DNA from: Bacteriovoracia bacterium
GTDB lineage: Bacteria; Bdellovibrionota; UBA1018; CAIPTA01
NCBI GenBank assembly: GCA_050246755.1
Contig: JBFWVL010000001.1
Location: forward strand, 1,408,001 to 1,472,000
Direction: 5' to 3'
DNA length: 64,000 bases
In this document: piece by piece, positions 1 through 8,765 of the stretch
Layout: every line of letters begins with the position of its first letter
Position numbering within the stretch: position 1 is the first letter of the stretch
Notes under the pieces: generated by a model
Database searches by the model: none
The model's input: only the letters and a program-made list of their open reading frames with translations
What the model was told of the DNA's origin: nothing
Program-made: the position numbers and the translations under genes

Positions 1-320
1 TTGCGACGGATGTAAATCGCGCAGGAAGCGAGGGCCAAAAGAAAGCCGCCGTAAAATACCAAACCGCCTTGCCAAAAATCGAAAATTTCTCCGGGGTAGC
101 GGGAGAAATAGGGAATATTGGTGAGCACGAATAAAATGCGCCCGCCAATCACGCCCGTTACCAGCGCGAGAAACGCTAGGTCTAGAAATTTCGCCGGATC
201 TAAGTTACGGAGCTTCGCTAGGCGGGAAAGGAGGAGAAGGGCGGCCACGTAACCGACGGCGATGAAAAAACCATAGGAATGAATCGGGGTTTCGCGAATA
301 TGGAAGAGAACCGGAAACAT
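1..320 (-). CDS. lgt: Prolipoprotein diacylglyceryl transferase, N-terminal part (runs off window)
   Basis: Hand translation from ATG at 320: MFPVLFHIRETPIHSYGFFIAVG...GGRILFV...WQGGLVFYGGF, typical Lgt motifs; lies directly after lspA. Confidence 0.9.
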   Translation of the reverse strand, partial: MFPVLFHIRETPIHSYGFFIAVGYVAALLLLSRLAKLRNLDPAKFLDLAFLALVTGVIGGRILFVLTNIPYFSRYPGEIFDFWQGGLVFYGGFLLALASCAIYIRR

Positions 321-322
321 TC

Positions 323-835
323 CTATTCTCCCTCAGCCCGCTCCTGGCGGTTTTTTTCGGACTCGAAAACCAGGCTGACCATCAATAAAAATACGCCGCA
401 GCAGATCGCGCTATCGGCAAGATTGAAGGCCGGAAAATGCATGCGCTCATGCCAGTGAAAATCGAGAAAATCCACTACGTAGCCGAGCCGTAGGCGATCG
501 GCCAAATTCCCGAATGCGCCACCCACGATGAGAGAAAGCGAAAAAATGCTGAGATGCTGATTCTCTTTCAGACGATAAAATACCACGAAGATCACGGATA
601 GCATGGCGATGGGAACCACGAAGAAAAATGGCTCCCGCCAGGTGGGGCCAAGAGTGGCCAGCAGGCCGAACGCCGCGCCCGCGTTGTGCACGCGGGTAAG
701 ATTAAAGAAATTTTCCAGTACCACGATGCTTTCGCCCAAATGAAAGCGGCTCATCACCAGAAATTTAAATAGCTGATCGAAGGCCGTAAGCATGCCGGTG
801 AGCGCGAGTAAAATGAGGTATTTGCGAGGAACCAT
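323..835 (-). CDS. lspA: Lipoprotein signal peptidase II
   Basis: DQLFK, NAGAAFG, GAFGNLADR, VVDFLD and FNLADSAI motifs. Confidence 0.96.
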   Translation of the reverse strand: MVPRKYLILLALTGMLTAFDQLFKFLVMSRFHLGESIVVLENFFNLTRVHNAGAAFGLLATLGPTWREPFFFVVPIAMLSVIFVVFYRLKENQHLSIFSLSLIVGGAFGNLADRLRLGYVVDFLDFHWHERMHFPAFNLADSAICCGVFLLMVSLVFESEKNRQERAEGE

Positions 836-881
836 TCCTCCTCCAAAATACCTCGTTTTGCGAAGCGCGCCAATAGGCGGC

Positions 882-2318
882 TTAGTCTTCGCTATCTTGG
901 TAGTCTTTTGCGGTTAGACCGTACTTCTCCAGCTTACGTAAAAGGGTTTTCTTGGGAATATTGGCGTGTAAGGCGGTCTGATTGATCCGGCCGTTAAACA
1001 CCTTGAGGGCGCTCATGATGAAGTGCTTCTCGAATTCCTCTTTTTGGCTCTGGAAATCGAGATTGCTAAGGTCGATGGAATAGCTCAGGCCTTCTTCTTT
1101 CCCGCTGCTCTTCACGTTGTCGGACGCGATGGAGGATTTACCCACGCGCGAGAGTCCGCGAATGGAATCGGGCAAGGAAGCGGCGGTGATCTCTTGGGTG
1201 GATTCGATCACGAACGCGTGCTCCATCACGTTCTCGAGTTCGCGGATATTTCCGGGCCAGTTGTATTTCATTAGTAGTCCGCTAGCTTCTTCATTCACGC
1301 CGGTGATCTTCTTGCCGTAGGTGCCGTTGAACTTGTCGAGGAAATGCTGCACCAGCGCGAGGATATCGTCTTTGCGCTCGCGGAGAGGGGGCAGGAAGAT
1401 GGGCAATACGTTCAGGCGATAGAATAAATCCTCGCGGAATTCGCCCTTCTTGATCATTTCTTCCAGATTGCGGTTCGTGGCGGCGATGATGCGCACGCTT
1501 ACCTCGATTTCGCGGTTCGATCCCACGGGAGTGAACTTCTGCTCCTGGAGCGCGCGCAACAGTTTTACCTGCAGGGCGGGAGAGATATCACCGATCTCGT
1601 CGAGGAAGAGGGTGCCTCCGTCGGCGTACTGGAATTTTCCGATCTTGCGGCCGTCGGCCCCGGTGAAGGCGCCCTTTTCGTGGCCGAAAAATTCGCTTTC
1701 GATGAGGGCTTCGGGAATCGCGCTGCAGTTGATCGCCACGAAGCGCTCATCTTTGCGGGGGCCGTTCATGTGAATGGCCTTGGCCACGAGTTCTTTACCG
1801 GTACCGCTTTCGCCACGCACGAGCACCGAGGTGTCTACGCGCGCGAGTTTATCGATCATGGTGAAGAGGCGCTTCATCTCGGTGGAGCTGCCCACGAGGC
1901 CCTTGTTCTCGCCGGCGCTCACCACGGGAGCGGAGAAGCTCACGGCGCGCACGATCGAATGCGCTTTGAGGGCGCGGTCCACGAGGGACACGAGGTCTTC
2001 GCTCTTAATGGGTTTTTCGAGGTAGTTGTAGGCTCCCTGGCGAACGGCGTCCACCGCATCTTTCACGTTGGAATAGGCGGTGAGCATCAGCACGATGATG
2101 CTGTTATCGTAGGCCTTTATTTGCTTCAAGGCTTCGAGTCCCGACAGCTTGGGCATGTTCACGTCGAGCAGCACGAGATCGTACTTGCCCGTCATCACCT
2201 TGTTCACGGCTTCCTCGCCGTCGCAGGCTTGGTCCACTACGAAGTGTTGTTCCGCGAAGGCGGAACTTACGGTTAAACGGAGGGCGTTGTCATCATCTAC
2301 TACTAGTACGCGAAACAT
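882..2318 (-). CDS. Sigma54-dependent response regulator (NtrC/AtoC family)
   Basis: Receiver domain (VVDDD, LLDVNMP, KP), Walker A GESGTGKE, GAFTGA loop, LFLDEIG, WPGNIRELEN, C-terminal Fis-type HTH. Confidence 0.96.
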   Translation of the reverse strand: MFRVLVVDDDNALRLTVSSAFAEQHFVVDQACDGEEAVNKVMTGKYDLVLLDVNMPKLSGLEALKQIKAYDNSIIVLMLTAYSNVKDAVDAVRQGAYNYLEKPIKSEDLVSLVDRALKAHSIVRAVSFSAPVVSAGENKGLVGSSTEMKRLFTMIDKLARVDTSVLVRGESGTGKELVAKAIHMNGPRKDERFVAINCSAIPEALIESEFFGHEKGAFTGADGRKIGKFQYADGGTLFLDEIGDISPALQVKLLRALQEQKFTPVGSNREIEVSVRIIAATNRNLEEMIKKGEFREDLFYRLNVLPIFLPPLRERKDDILALVQHFLDKFNGTYGKKITGVNEEASGLLMKYNWPGNIRELENVMEHAFVIESTQEITAASLPDSIRGLSRVGKSSIASDNVKSSGKEEGLSYSIDLSNLDFQSQKEEFEKHFIMSALKVFNGRINQTALHANIPKKTLLRKLEKYGLTAKDYQDSED

Positions 2319-2328
2319 AAGTACCTCT

Positions 2329-4227
2329 TTACTGCTCCGCCCGGATGGGCAAATGAATGGAAAACTTACTGCCTTGGCCTTGCTCGGAAATCGCTTCTAC
2401 CGTGCCGCGGTGAAGCTCGATAAAATATTTAGAAAGGTAGAGCCCGAGCCCGCTCCCCTTGGTTTGGTCTCCCGGAATAGATTTTCCACGGTAGAACTTG
2501 GTGAATAATTGTTCTTGTTCCTCGGTGTCGAGCCCGGGACCATTGTCTTCCACGGTGATTTCCACGAATTCTCCCACCTCGCGGGACCGGATTTTCACCC
2601 GCGATCCGGAGGGGCTATACTTGATCGCGTTGTCGATGATGTTCGTGAATACCTGGATCAACAGCGCCGAATCGAGGGGGATGGGGAAAAGGGTATCGAG
2701 CTGCATGTCGATCTCCACGCCCTTGGCTTGCGCTTGAAACGAGAGCTTTTCCACGCATTTTTCGATGAGCTTATTCACGTCGCGGGTGCGCTTATTCAGC
2801 TTCAGGTTATTTGATTCTACCTTCGTGAGGTTGAGGATCTTAGAAATAAATTTATCGAGATTCTCGGTGGAATCGATAATCTGTTTCACCTCTCCGCGCT
2901 GCTGCTCGGGAAGGCCGGGGGCGCGCAGGATCATCTCCGCGATACCCTGAATGCGGGCCACGGGAGTTTTCAAATCGTGGCTCATGAGCGAGAGGAAATT
3001 ACCTTTCATCTCTTCCACCTGCACGAGGAGGTCGTGCTTTTCCTGAACTTCCCAGCGCTTTTTGTATTCAAGAATGGCGCGGTAGGGAACGATCAAATAG
3101 TAGGTGAAGAACATGGCGAGAAAGGGATGCACGAGAGGTAGCCAGTAGCCTGCGCGAAAAAGCCAGAGCGACACGAGAAAGAGCGTTCCGGAAAGTACCA
3201 CTAGCGCGAACACTCCGCGCGAAGGGCTCATGCCGATGGCCACGAAAGCCAGAGCGAGGGCGAGCCCGAACGTGATAAGGCCGTCCACCTGGTCGGGCAC
3301 GCTGATCATGCCGCGGTTTTTAAGGAGGGTGTCTAGCAGGGAAGCGTGCACGAAAATTCGGGGGTTCGAGTAAATTACGCGAGAAAAAGGCGTATAGGCG
3401 AAGTCGCTCATCGTGTCTCGGCGCATGGTGTCTACCAAGATAATTTTTCCGGCCAAGTCTCCCAGGCCGCGGTTGTCGAGTACGTTGCGGAAAGAAAGCT
3501 GGGTAAAGGCCCCTTCCGAAATCTCGGTGGGCTGAGGATAACGAATCAGCAGATGCCAGGATTCGGCGGGCTCGTAGAAATAGGCGCCGCGGAGTTGCTG
3601 GGATTTTTTGATGAGCTCCTCGCGGGATAGCTCGGGAAAGGCCACGCGCATGTGCACGGAGGGATCGCCCATTACCGTTAAGAGGCCCCGGCGCATCACT
3701 TTATCTTCGGCGAACATGGTTCCGTCTTTATGAAGCACGGAGGGAGAATGGGGAAGCAAACTCAGGGGATAAGGAGGTAATACTTCCCCGCCCAGATCCA
3801 CGTCGCTGCCGAAATATACTTGAGTCCCGGCGGCGCGCGCTTGGCGGGCGATCTCCACGAAACGCTCCGAGGCGGAAGGCTTCGTTTCCACGTCGGTAGC
3901 GTCAAATTTATTTAGGTATACCACCGCGCGAGGCTTGGCCCGCAAAAGGTGCTCGAGCGCGAGCGCGTGCGCCTCGATGGAATCAAGATCGGTACCCCGC
4001 CATTCGCCCTTTTCTGATAGGGGCAAAAGTACGATATCGGGGTGCACGGTTTCCGTGCCTTTCCAGCGCATACGGAGGTCGTAGAAATAGGCCTCTACAC
4101 GGAAAAGGTTCGTATTTAGGGAAACGAGCGCCAATAGCAAAGCGATGCTGAAGCTAAGGAATAGCTGGGAAGCCGCGAAGGGCTTAAGGGTTTGAATTAG
4201 CGCAAAAAACTTACGTTTCATCATCAT
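2329..4227 (-). CDS. CHASE2-like sensor histidine kinase
   Basis: N-terminal TM, periplasmic domain, about 3 TMs, H-box SHDLKTP, N-box NIIDNAIKY, DNGPG and GSGLGL; start placed at the ATG run at 4227 rather than 4335. Confidence 0.9.
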   Translation of the reverse strand: MMMKRKFFALIQTLKPFAASQLFLSFSIALLLALVSLNTNLFRVEAYFYDLRMRWKGTETVHPDIVLLPLSEKGEWRGTDLDSIEAHALALEHLLRAKPRAVVYLNKFDATDVETKPSASERFVEIARQARAAGTQVYFGSDVDLGGEVLPPYPLSLLPHSPSVLHKDGTMFAEDKVMRRGLLTVMGDPSVHMRVAFPELSREELIKKSQQLRGAYFYEPAESWHLLIRYPQPTEISEGAFTQLSFRNVLDNRGLGDLAGKIILVDTMRRDTMSDFAYTPFSRVIYSNPRIFVHASLLDTLLKNRGMISVPDQVDGLITFGLALALAFVAIGMSPSRGVFALVVLSGTLFLVSLWLFRAGYWLPLVHPFLAMFFTYYLIVPYRAILEYKKRWEVQEKHDLLVQVEEMKGNFLSLMSHDLKTPVARIQGIAEMILRAPGLPEQQRGEVKQIIDSTENLDKFISKILNLTKVESNNLKLNKRTRDVNKLIEKCVEKLSFQAQAKGVEIDMQLDTLFPIPLDSALLIQVFTNIIDNAIKYSPSGSRVKIRSREVGEFVEITVEDNGPGLDTEEQEQLFTKFYRGKSIPGDQTKGSGLGLYLSKYFIELHRGTVEAISEQGQGSKFSIHLPIRAEQ

Positions 4228-4380
4228 AGGTGGCCGTTGGGGCACCCCCCCTGCGCAACATTTGAGCCAAAAATATCCCGGCGGCGGAATATTTTTCCTG
4301 AGGAGTTTCGCGCTCTTCTTTAGTTCTTGCTTCAAAGCGACGATAGGAAATTGCCTATCTTTTAGACGGACGCGCAGAGC

Positions 4381-5346
4381 ATGAACAAGATACCCAAAGA
4401 CCAGCCTTTAATCGTTCTCAGTATTGGGACCAAGATCCTCATGAAGGATGTGATGGACCAGTACCTGCGCAGCTTGGGCGAAGTGAAAACCTATTACGCT
4501 GCCAAAATGAGCATGGCGGTGGAAAGCTTCCGCGAAAAAAAGCCAAATATCATTTTTTGCGAGCAGGCATTTGGCGAAGGCAGCGCTCTCGAGCTGATCC
4601 GGCAAATCGGTGGCCTTCCCCAGTCGGGGGACCAGTACTTCGTGCTGGCTACTGAGCAGAGCTCAGACGAGCTCATGGCCCTTTCGGCTGAAGAAGGAAT
4701 CGACGAAATTCTGGTGAAGCCTTTTTCCACCGAAACAATTCACCAGATAGTGGAGCGCTATTTCGATAAAAAGTCGGCCGCTGATCTGGATTGGATCAAA
4801 GATTTAAGGATGGCCAGGAAATCGTTCGAAGAAAAGCGCTTTCAGGAATCCGACGAGCTCTTCGGGGCCGCGGCCCGCAAATACGCGCAAAATATCAACG
4901 TGCAGCTCGAGTGTTCCGCGCATTTTCTCGAGCGCGGAAATGCGGAGCGAGCGGAAAAGCTCGTACAGTGGGTAATAGAAACTTCAATGGAAAACCCACG
5001 CGCCCTGCAACTTGCGGGGATGGCGCTGAAAAAGCTCGGCCGTTTCCGCGAAGCGGTGGACCGGTTTCGCCGCGCCGACAAGCTGAGCCCGCTCAATAGC
5101 ATCCGTCACGCCGAGCTGGCTGAAACGTATATGCTAATGGCGGAAGAACTTGTTCAGGCGGCGCTAAAGAGCGAGAACGAGAGCTCCACCCTTATCCTTA
5201 AGAAGGCCAAGCTGCACCTAATGCGCAATGACTATGCGGGAGTGGTAACTTACCTCGATGCAAAACGCGCTTTTCTGAGTGAAGCCGGAAAAAAAGAAGC
5301 GGACGCATACACTGCATTAGCGAAAAAACTCGGTGGCTTTAAGTAG
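4381..5346 (+). CDS. Atypical receiver domain plus TPR-like protein
   Basis: REC-like N-terminus (IIFCE, ILVKPF) followed by helical TPR-like repeats. Confidence 0.75.
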   Translation: MNKIPKDQPLIVLSIGTKILMKDVMDQYLRSLGEVKTYYAAKMSMAVESFREKKPNIIFCEQAFGEGSALELIRQIGGLPQSGDQYFVLATEQSSDELMALSAEEGIDEILVKPFSTETIHQIVERYFDKKSAADLDWIKDLRMARKSFEEKRFQESDELFGAAARKYAQNINVQLECSAHFLERGNAERAEKLVQWVIETSMENPRALQLAGMALKKLGRFREAVDRFRRADKLSPLNSIRHAELAETYMLMAEELVQAALKSENESSTLILKKAKLHLMRNDYAGVVTYLDAKRAFLSEAGKKEADAYTALAKKLGGFK

Positions 5347-6157
5347 GGCTTAGTTTCAAAATCTGGCGGGCCTCGGCCGGGCTCGCCACTTCTCGCTGCA
5401 GCAAGCGGGAAAGATCGGCGATCCGCTTCACGAGCTGCGCATTGCTCTCGGCCAGCACTCCCTTGGAGAAATACAAATTATCTTCGAATCCTACGCGCAC
5501 GTGCCCGCCGCTGACGATCGCGAGCGGCGCCACCTGCAGCTGAAATCGCCCTACGCCCGCCACCGCGAAGGTGGATCCTGTGGGAAGCTTAGATTTCATG
5601 TGAAACAAATTTTCTGGCGCGCCGGAAATACCGTGCTTGGTTCCCAACACGAATTGAAAATGGGCGGGCTCGGCGATCACGCCACTCTTAACGAGGCTCA
5701 CCCCGTATTCCAGCATGCCTAGATCGTAGACTTCGATTTCCGGCTTAATATTTAATTTCTTCATCGCGGAGGCGAGGGCTTCTACGTCTTTGGGAAGATT
5801 TTCGAATACTTCGTCGCCGAAATTAATCGAGCCCACGTTTAGCGAAGCCATCTCGGGCTTAAGATTCAAGGGAGCGAGGCGTTCCGAAACGGGAGTGCCC
5901 ACGGCGCCGCCGGTGGAGTATTGCAAAATTAAATCGCAGCGATCGCGGATCAGCTTACTCACCTTGGCGAAAAGTTCCGATGATTGGCTCGGTTTTTCTT
6001 TATCATCGCGCACGTGCAGGTGCACAATCGCGGCGCCGGCCTGCCAGCAGGCGTAGGCGGCCTCGGCCTGTTCCTCGGGAGAGCAGGGCAATTTCGGGTT
6101 CATGGCTTTCGTGGTTTCCGCACCCGTGATGGCGGCGGTAATAATCAGTTTCGACAT
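5339..6157 (-). CDS. kce: 3-keto-5-aminohexanoate cleavage enzyme (BKACE/DUF849)
   Basis: IITAAITGAE, HLHVR, STGG, GHVRVGFEDN motifs; lysine-pathway context. Confidence 0.93.
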   Translation of the reverse strand: MSKLIITAAITGAETTKAMNPKLPCSPEEQAEAAYACWQAGAAIVHLHVRDDKEKPSQSSELFAKVSKLIRDRCDLILQYSTGGAVGTPVSERLAPLNLKPEMASLNVGSINFGDEVFENLPKDVEALASAMKKLNIKPEIEVYDLGMLEYGVSLVKSGVIAEPAHFQFVLGTKHGISGAPENLFHMKSKLPTGSTFAVAGVGRFQLQVAPLAIVSGGHVRVGFEDNLYFSKGVLAESNAQLVKRIADLSRLLQREVASPAEARQILKLSPT

Positions 6158-6163
6158 CACTCT

Positions 6164-6192
6164 ATCTCACGCGCCCAAGCGGAATTTGTCAA
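6164..6192 (-). promoter_or_regulatory. Sigma70-type promoter for kce, leaderless geometry
   Basis: TTGACA-N17-TGAGAT-N6-ATG on the minus strand. Confidence 0.55.
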
Positions 6193-6202
6193 CGGCGCGT
6201 TG

Positions 6203-6916
6203 CTACCGGATAATTTCGTGCACCAGGGAGTAGAGTGCCTTTGGTAAATGCTCGAGCTGGGCCACGCGCACGTATTGCCCGCGGCCCTGGCGGGCAAGGT
6301 TGCGGCAAAACCGGGTGCTTGCCCAGGGATTGCCCGTTTGCACCATATGTAGGCGCGGCAATCGCGGAACGATATGTTCTGGATTTTTCCCGGCCGTAAA
6401 CCTGCCGTCGGTCATGAGAATCACGGCTTTCTTGGGTAGTTTTCCTGAGGCGGCTTCTTTTTCGGCTTCGATCAGCCCCGCTTCGATATTGGTGAGGCCG
6501 CGTGCCGGAACCTCCATGAATTTCTCGAGAATTTGGTAGATATCCATTTTCACGCCGAGAGGCTTGATCACGGTGGCGTCGGATTCGAAAACCACGACGG
6601 CGAGATCTTCGGGATCGAGCTGCAGGGCAATCACGGCCAGCGCCACCGCATTAATTGCTAATTTTCGCCCCGTCATGGAAAGGCTGGTGTCGAGGCAGAC
6701 AATTACCTCCGCGCGACGGGGTTCTTTTCTCTCCACGATGAGATCTTGCAGCGTGGGATCTTCTTCGAGCGAAGCTTCGAGGTCGAACTCTTCCTGGGGA
6801 TGCAGGTTCCATGCGTCGTTTACCAGAGAATATGGCCTCTGCACGGCCCCCATCACGGCCAGAGCTTTGCGAACAATGGCGCGGATGGCTGCCGCGCGGA
6901 TCTTCGCGCGTTTCAC
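6203..6916 (-). CDS. von Willebrand factor A domain ORF; its frame stays open upstream to 7150 with no start codon
   Basis: MIDAS motif DTSLS, then T in LTNIE and D in LMTDG. Confidence 0.9.
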   Translation of the reverse strand: MKRAKIRAAAIRAIVRKALAVMGAVQRPYSLVNDAWNLHPQEEFDLEASLEEDPTLQDLIVERKEPRRAEVIVCLDTSLSMTGRKLAINAVALAVIALQLDPEDLAVVVFESDATVIKPLGVKMDIYQILEKFMEVPARGLTNIEAGLIEAEKEAASGKLPKKAVILMTDGRFTAGKNPEHIVPRLPRLHMVQTGNPWASTRFCRNLARQGRGQYVRVAQLEHLPKALYSLVHEIIR

Positions 6917-7083
6917 CTCGTCGAGACGTTTCTTGATTTCGTGGTAGTGGAGAGCTTTATCCCAATCGGATTGTGAAAGATTTTCTACGGCCCCATCACC
7001 TTCGTCGGAAAGAATTTCGGGGGGGAAGAATTTTATTTCCGGCTCGGTGGCATCGGAGGGAAGATCGCCGTATTCGAGCTCAA

Positions 7084-7959
7084 TTAACTTGTCCGGCTTT
7101 TTTTTTTGGCTTGTTCGGCGATTTGCTCGATGGCCTTCTGGAATCCCAGCTCAGTTCCTTCTTCGGTAAGCTCCACGCGCGTAGGCAGGGCAAGCAACGC
7201 AGCGCGAATAAAAGACTCCCATTCCCCGCCAAGACTCTGGGCGATATCGTAGATACTGATCGCCGCGCGGATACTGGCGCCGCGCTTGAAGAGCACCGAG
7301 CTTCTAGTGCCACGCACGAGTTGCACGCTCCACTCGAGAAGCTGGTTATCCGCTTTTCCTTTTTCGCGGAAGCTCGAGGCGCGCTGAAGAATACCACGTT
7401 CTTCATTTTCGCTCTGGTAGTGAAGAGAAATGAGCTCAAAGCGATCTAGCAAGGCTTCGCTGAGATGGCTTGTGGCCACGAACTCGCGGGGGTTCTGCGT
7501 GGCGATCACGGTGAAGCCTTCTTTAGCCTTCAAGGTGCCGATACGTGGAATTTCAATTTTGCGTTCATCTAGGGCGGGAAGCAGAACGTTCTGCACGCCC
7601 TCAGGCATCCGGTTAAGCTCGTTGATGAAAAGGATAGAGCCCTTGCGAAGCGCCTGCGCCAACGGGCCGTCGAAATAGGAATCCGCGCCGTAACCTTTTT
7701 TCAGCACGGTAGGAGGATCAAACCAACCGGTGAGTTTTTGTTCGGTATAACGGGAATCCCCGTCTACGCGAATCACTTCCTTGCCCAGTAGCTCCGCCAC
7801 CGCGGCCACCAAGAAGGTTTTTCCTACGCCCACGGGCCCTTCGAGCAAAACATGCTTGCCGGCGCCCACGCAGTGCACGAGGTTTTCCACTTCGCGTTCA
7901 CGGCCTACCAGACCATATTTCTCGTGAAGGGTTTTTAGGATTTGGGCGGCGGACTTCAC
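7084..7959 (-). CDS. MoxR-like AAA+ ATPase
   Basis: Walker A GPVGVGKT, Walker B-like LFINELNR, ATQNP, LSEALLDRF; GTG start at 7959 overlaps the kamE stop (GTGA). Confidence 0.92.
   Translation of the reverse strand: MKSAAQILKTLHEKYGLVGREREVENLVHCVGAGKHVLLEGPVGVGKTFLVAAVAELLGKEVIRVDGDSRYTEQKLTGWFDPPTVLKKGYGADSYFDGPLAQALRKGSILFINELNRMPEGVQNVLLPALDERKIEIPRIGTLKAKEGFTVIATQNPREFVATSHLSEALLDRFELISLHYQSENEERGILQRASSFREKGKADNQLLEWSVQLVRGTRSSVLFKRGASIRAAISIYDIAQSLGGEWESFIRAALLALPTRVELTEEGTELGFQKAIEQIAEQAKKKSRTS
7098..7107 (-). other. A10 slippery run, candidate -1 recoding site
   Basis: GCC AAA AAA AAA AGC CGG ACA AGT TAA in frame 0; the -1 frame is open into the vWA ORF. Confidence 0.65.
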
Positions 7960-8765
7960 TTCTTGGCCTTCTTTCGGCGAATCATTTCGTCTACCACGTA
8001 GCTTGCCACATGGGAGGGGAGAGTTCCAGGCCCGAAGCCGGCATCGAGGCCGCACTCGATCGCGGTGGGGTGATTGAGGCGCGGGCCTCCCGCTACGAAA
8101 ATAAATCTCTCGCGCAGCCCCTGCTTCTCGGCGAGCGCCATGAGATTTTTTAGATTATCGATGTGGCAGTCTTTTTCGTCCACGATCTGGGAAACTAGGA
8201 TCGCATCGGCATCGGTTTCTACCGCGATCTTCAGAAGATCTTCGTTCAGAACCTGCGCGCCTAGATTGCGCGCATCGAATCCTGAATAGCGCTCGAGGCC
8301 ATAGTCGCCCTTATAGCCCTTCATGTTGAAAATCGCGTCGATGCCCACGGTATGGGCGTCGAACCCAGTGGTGGCGCCGAGGATCACGATCTTGCGTTTG
8401 ATTTCCTTTTTAATGAGATCGTTAATCTCGTAGAAGCTCTTGAACTCGGTTTCCACTTTCAGCACGTGAATTTTGGTGAAATCCACGGAGTGCGTAGTGG
8501 CACCGTAGGCCACGTAAAAGCTGAATCCCTCGGAAGGCTTTTCCATCGCCACCACTTTGATGTCTTGGAATCCCATCTTACGCATAAACTCCCGCGCGGC
8601 CTCCTCGGCCTCGGGGGAGGGGTTGAGCGGCAGGGTGAAAGAAACCTGCATGCGCCCATCGTTCATGGCGTCGCCGTAAGGTTTAATATTTTTCAGGTCC
8701 ACCATCTTTACGGAGGGATGGTCGGGAGCGCCATATGGAAGAAATTGGGTTTCTTTCTTATCCAT
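7956..8765 (-). CDS. kamE: Lysine 5,6-aminomutase beta subunit (B12-binding)
   Basis: KPYGDAMNDGRMQVSFTLP dimerisation domain, DAHTVG B12 motif, NMKGY PLP lysine; ATG at 8765 overlaps the kamD end. Confidence 0.95.
   Translation of the reverse strand: MDKKETQFLPYGAPDHPSVKMVDLKNIKPYGDAMNDGRMQVSFTLPLNPSPEAEEAAREFMRKMGFQDIKVVAMEKPSEGFSFYVAYGATTHSVDFTKIHVLKVETEFKSFYEINDLIKKEIKRKIVILGATTGFDAHTVGIDAIFNMKGYKGDYGLERYSGFDARNLGAQVLNEDLLKIAVETDADAILVSQIVDEKDCHIDNLKNLMALAEKQGLRERFIFVAGGPRLNHPTAIECGLDAGFGPGTLPSHVASYVVDEMIRRKKAKK

Noticed and set aside
6973-7449. 158-aa plus-strand ORF spanning the AAA+/vWA junction
   Set aside because: Antisense to the operon with no recognisable features; the minus-strand -1 frame explains the region better.
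6203-7959. Reading the AAA+/vWA pair as a Mg/Co chelatase (ChlI/ChlD)
   Set aside because: The ATPase has MoxR-type motifs rather than chelatase ones, and no cobN/chlH gene is in the window.
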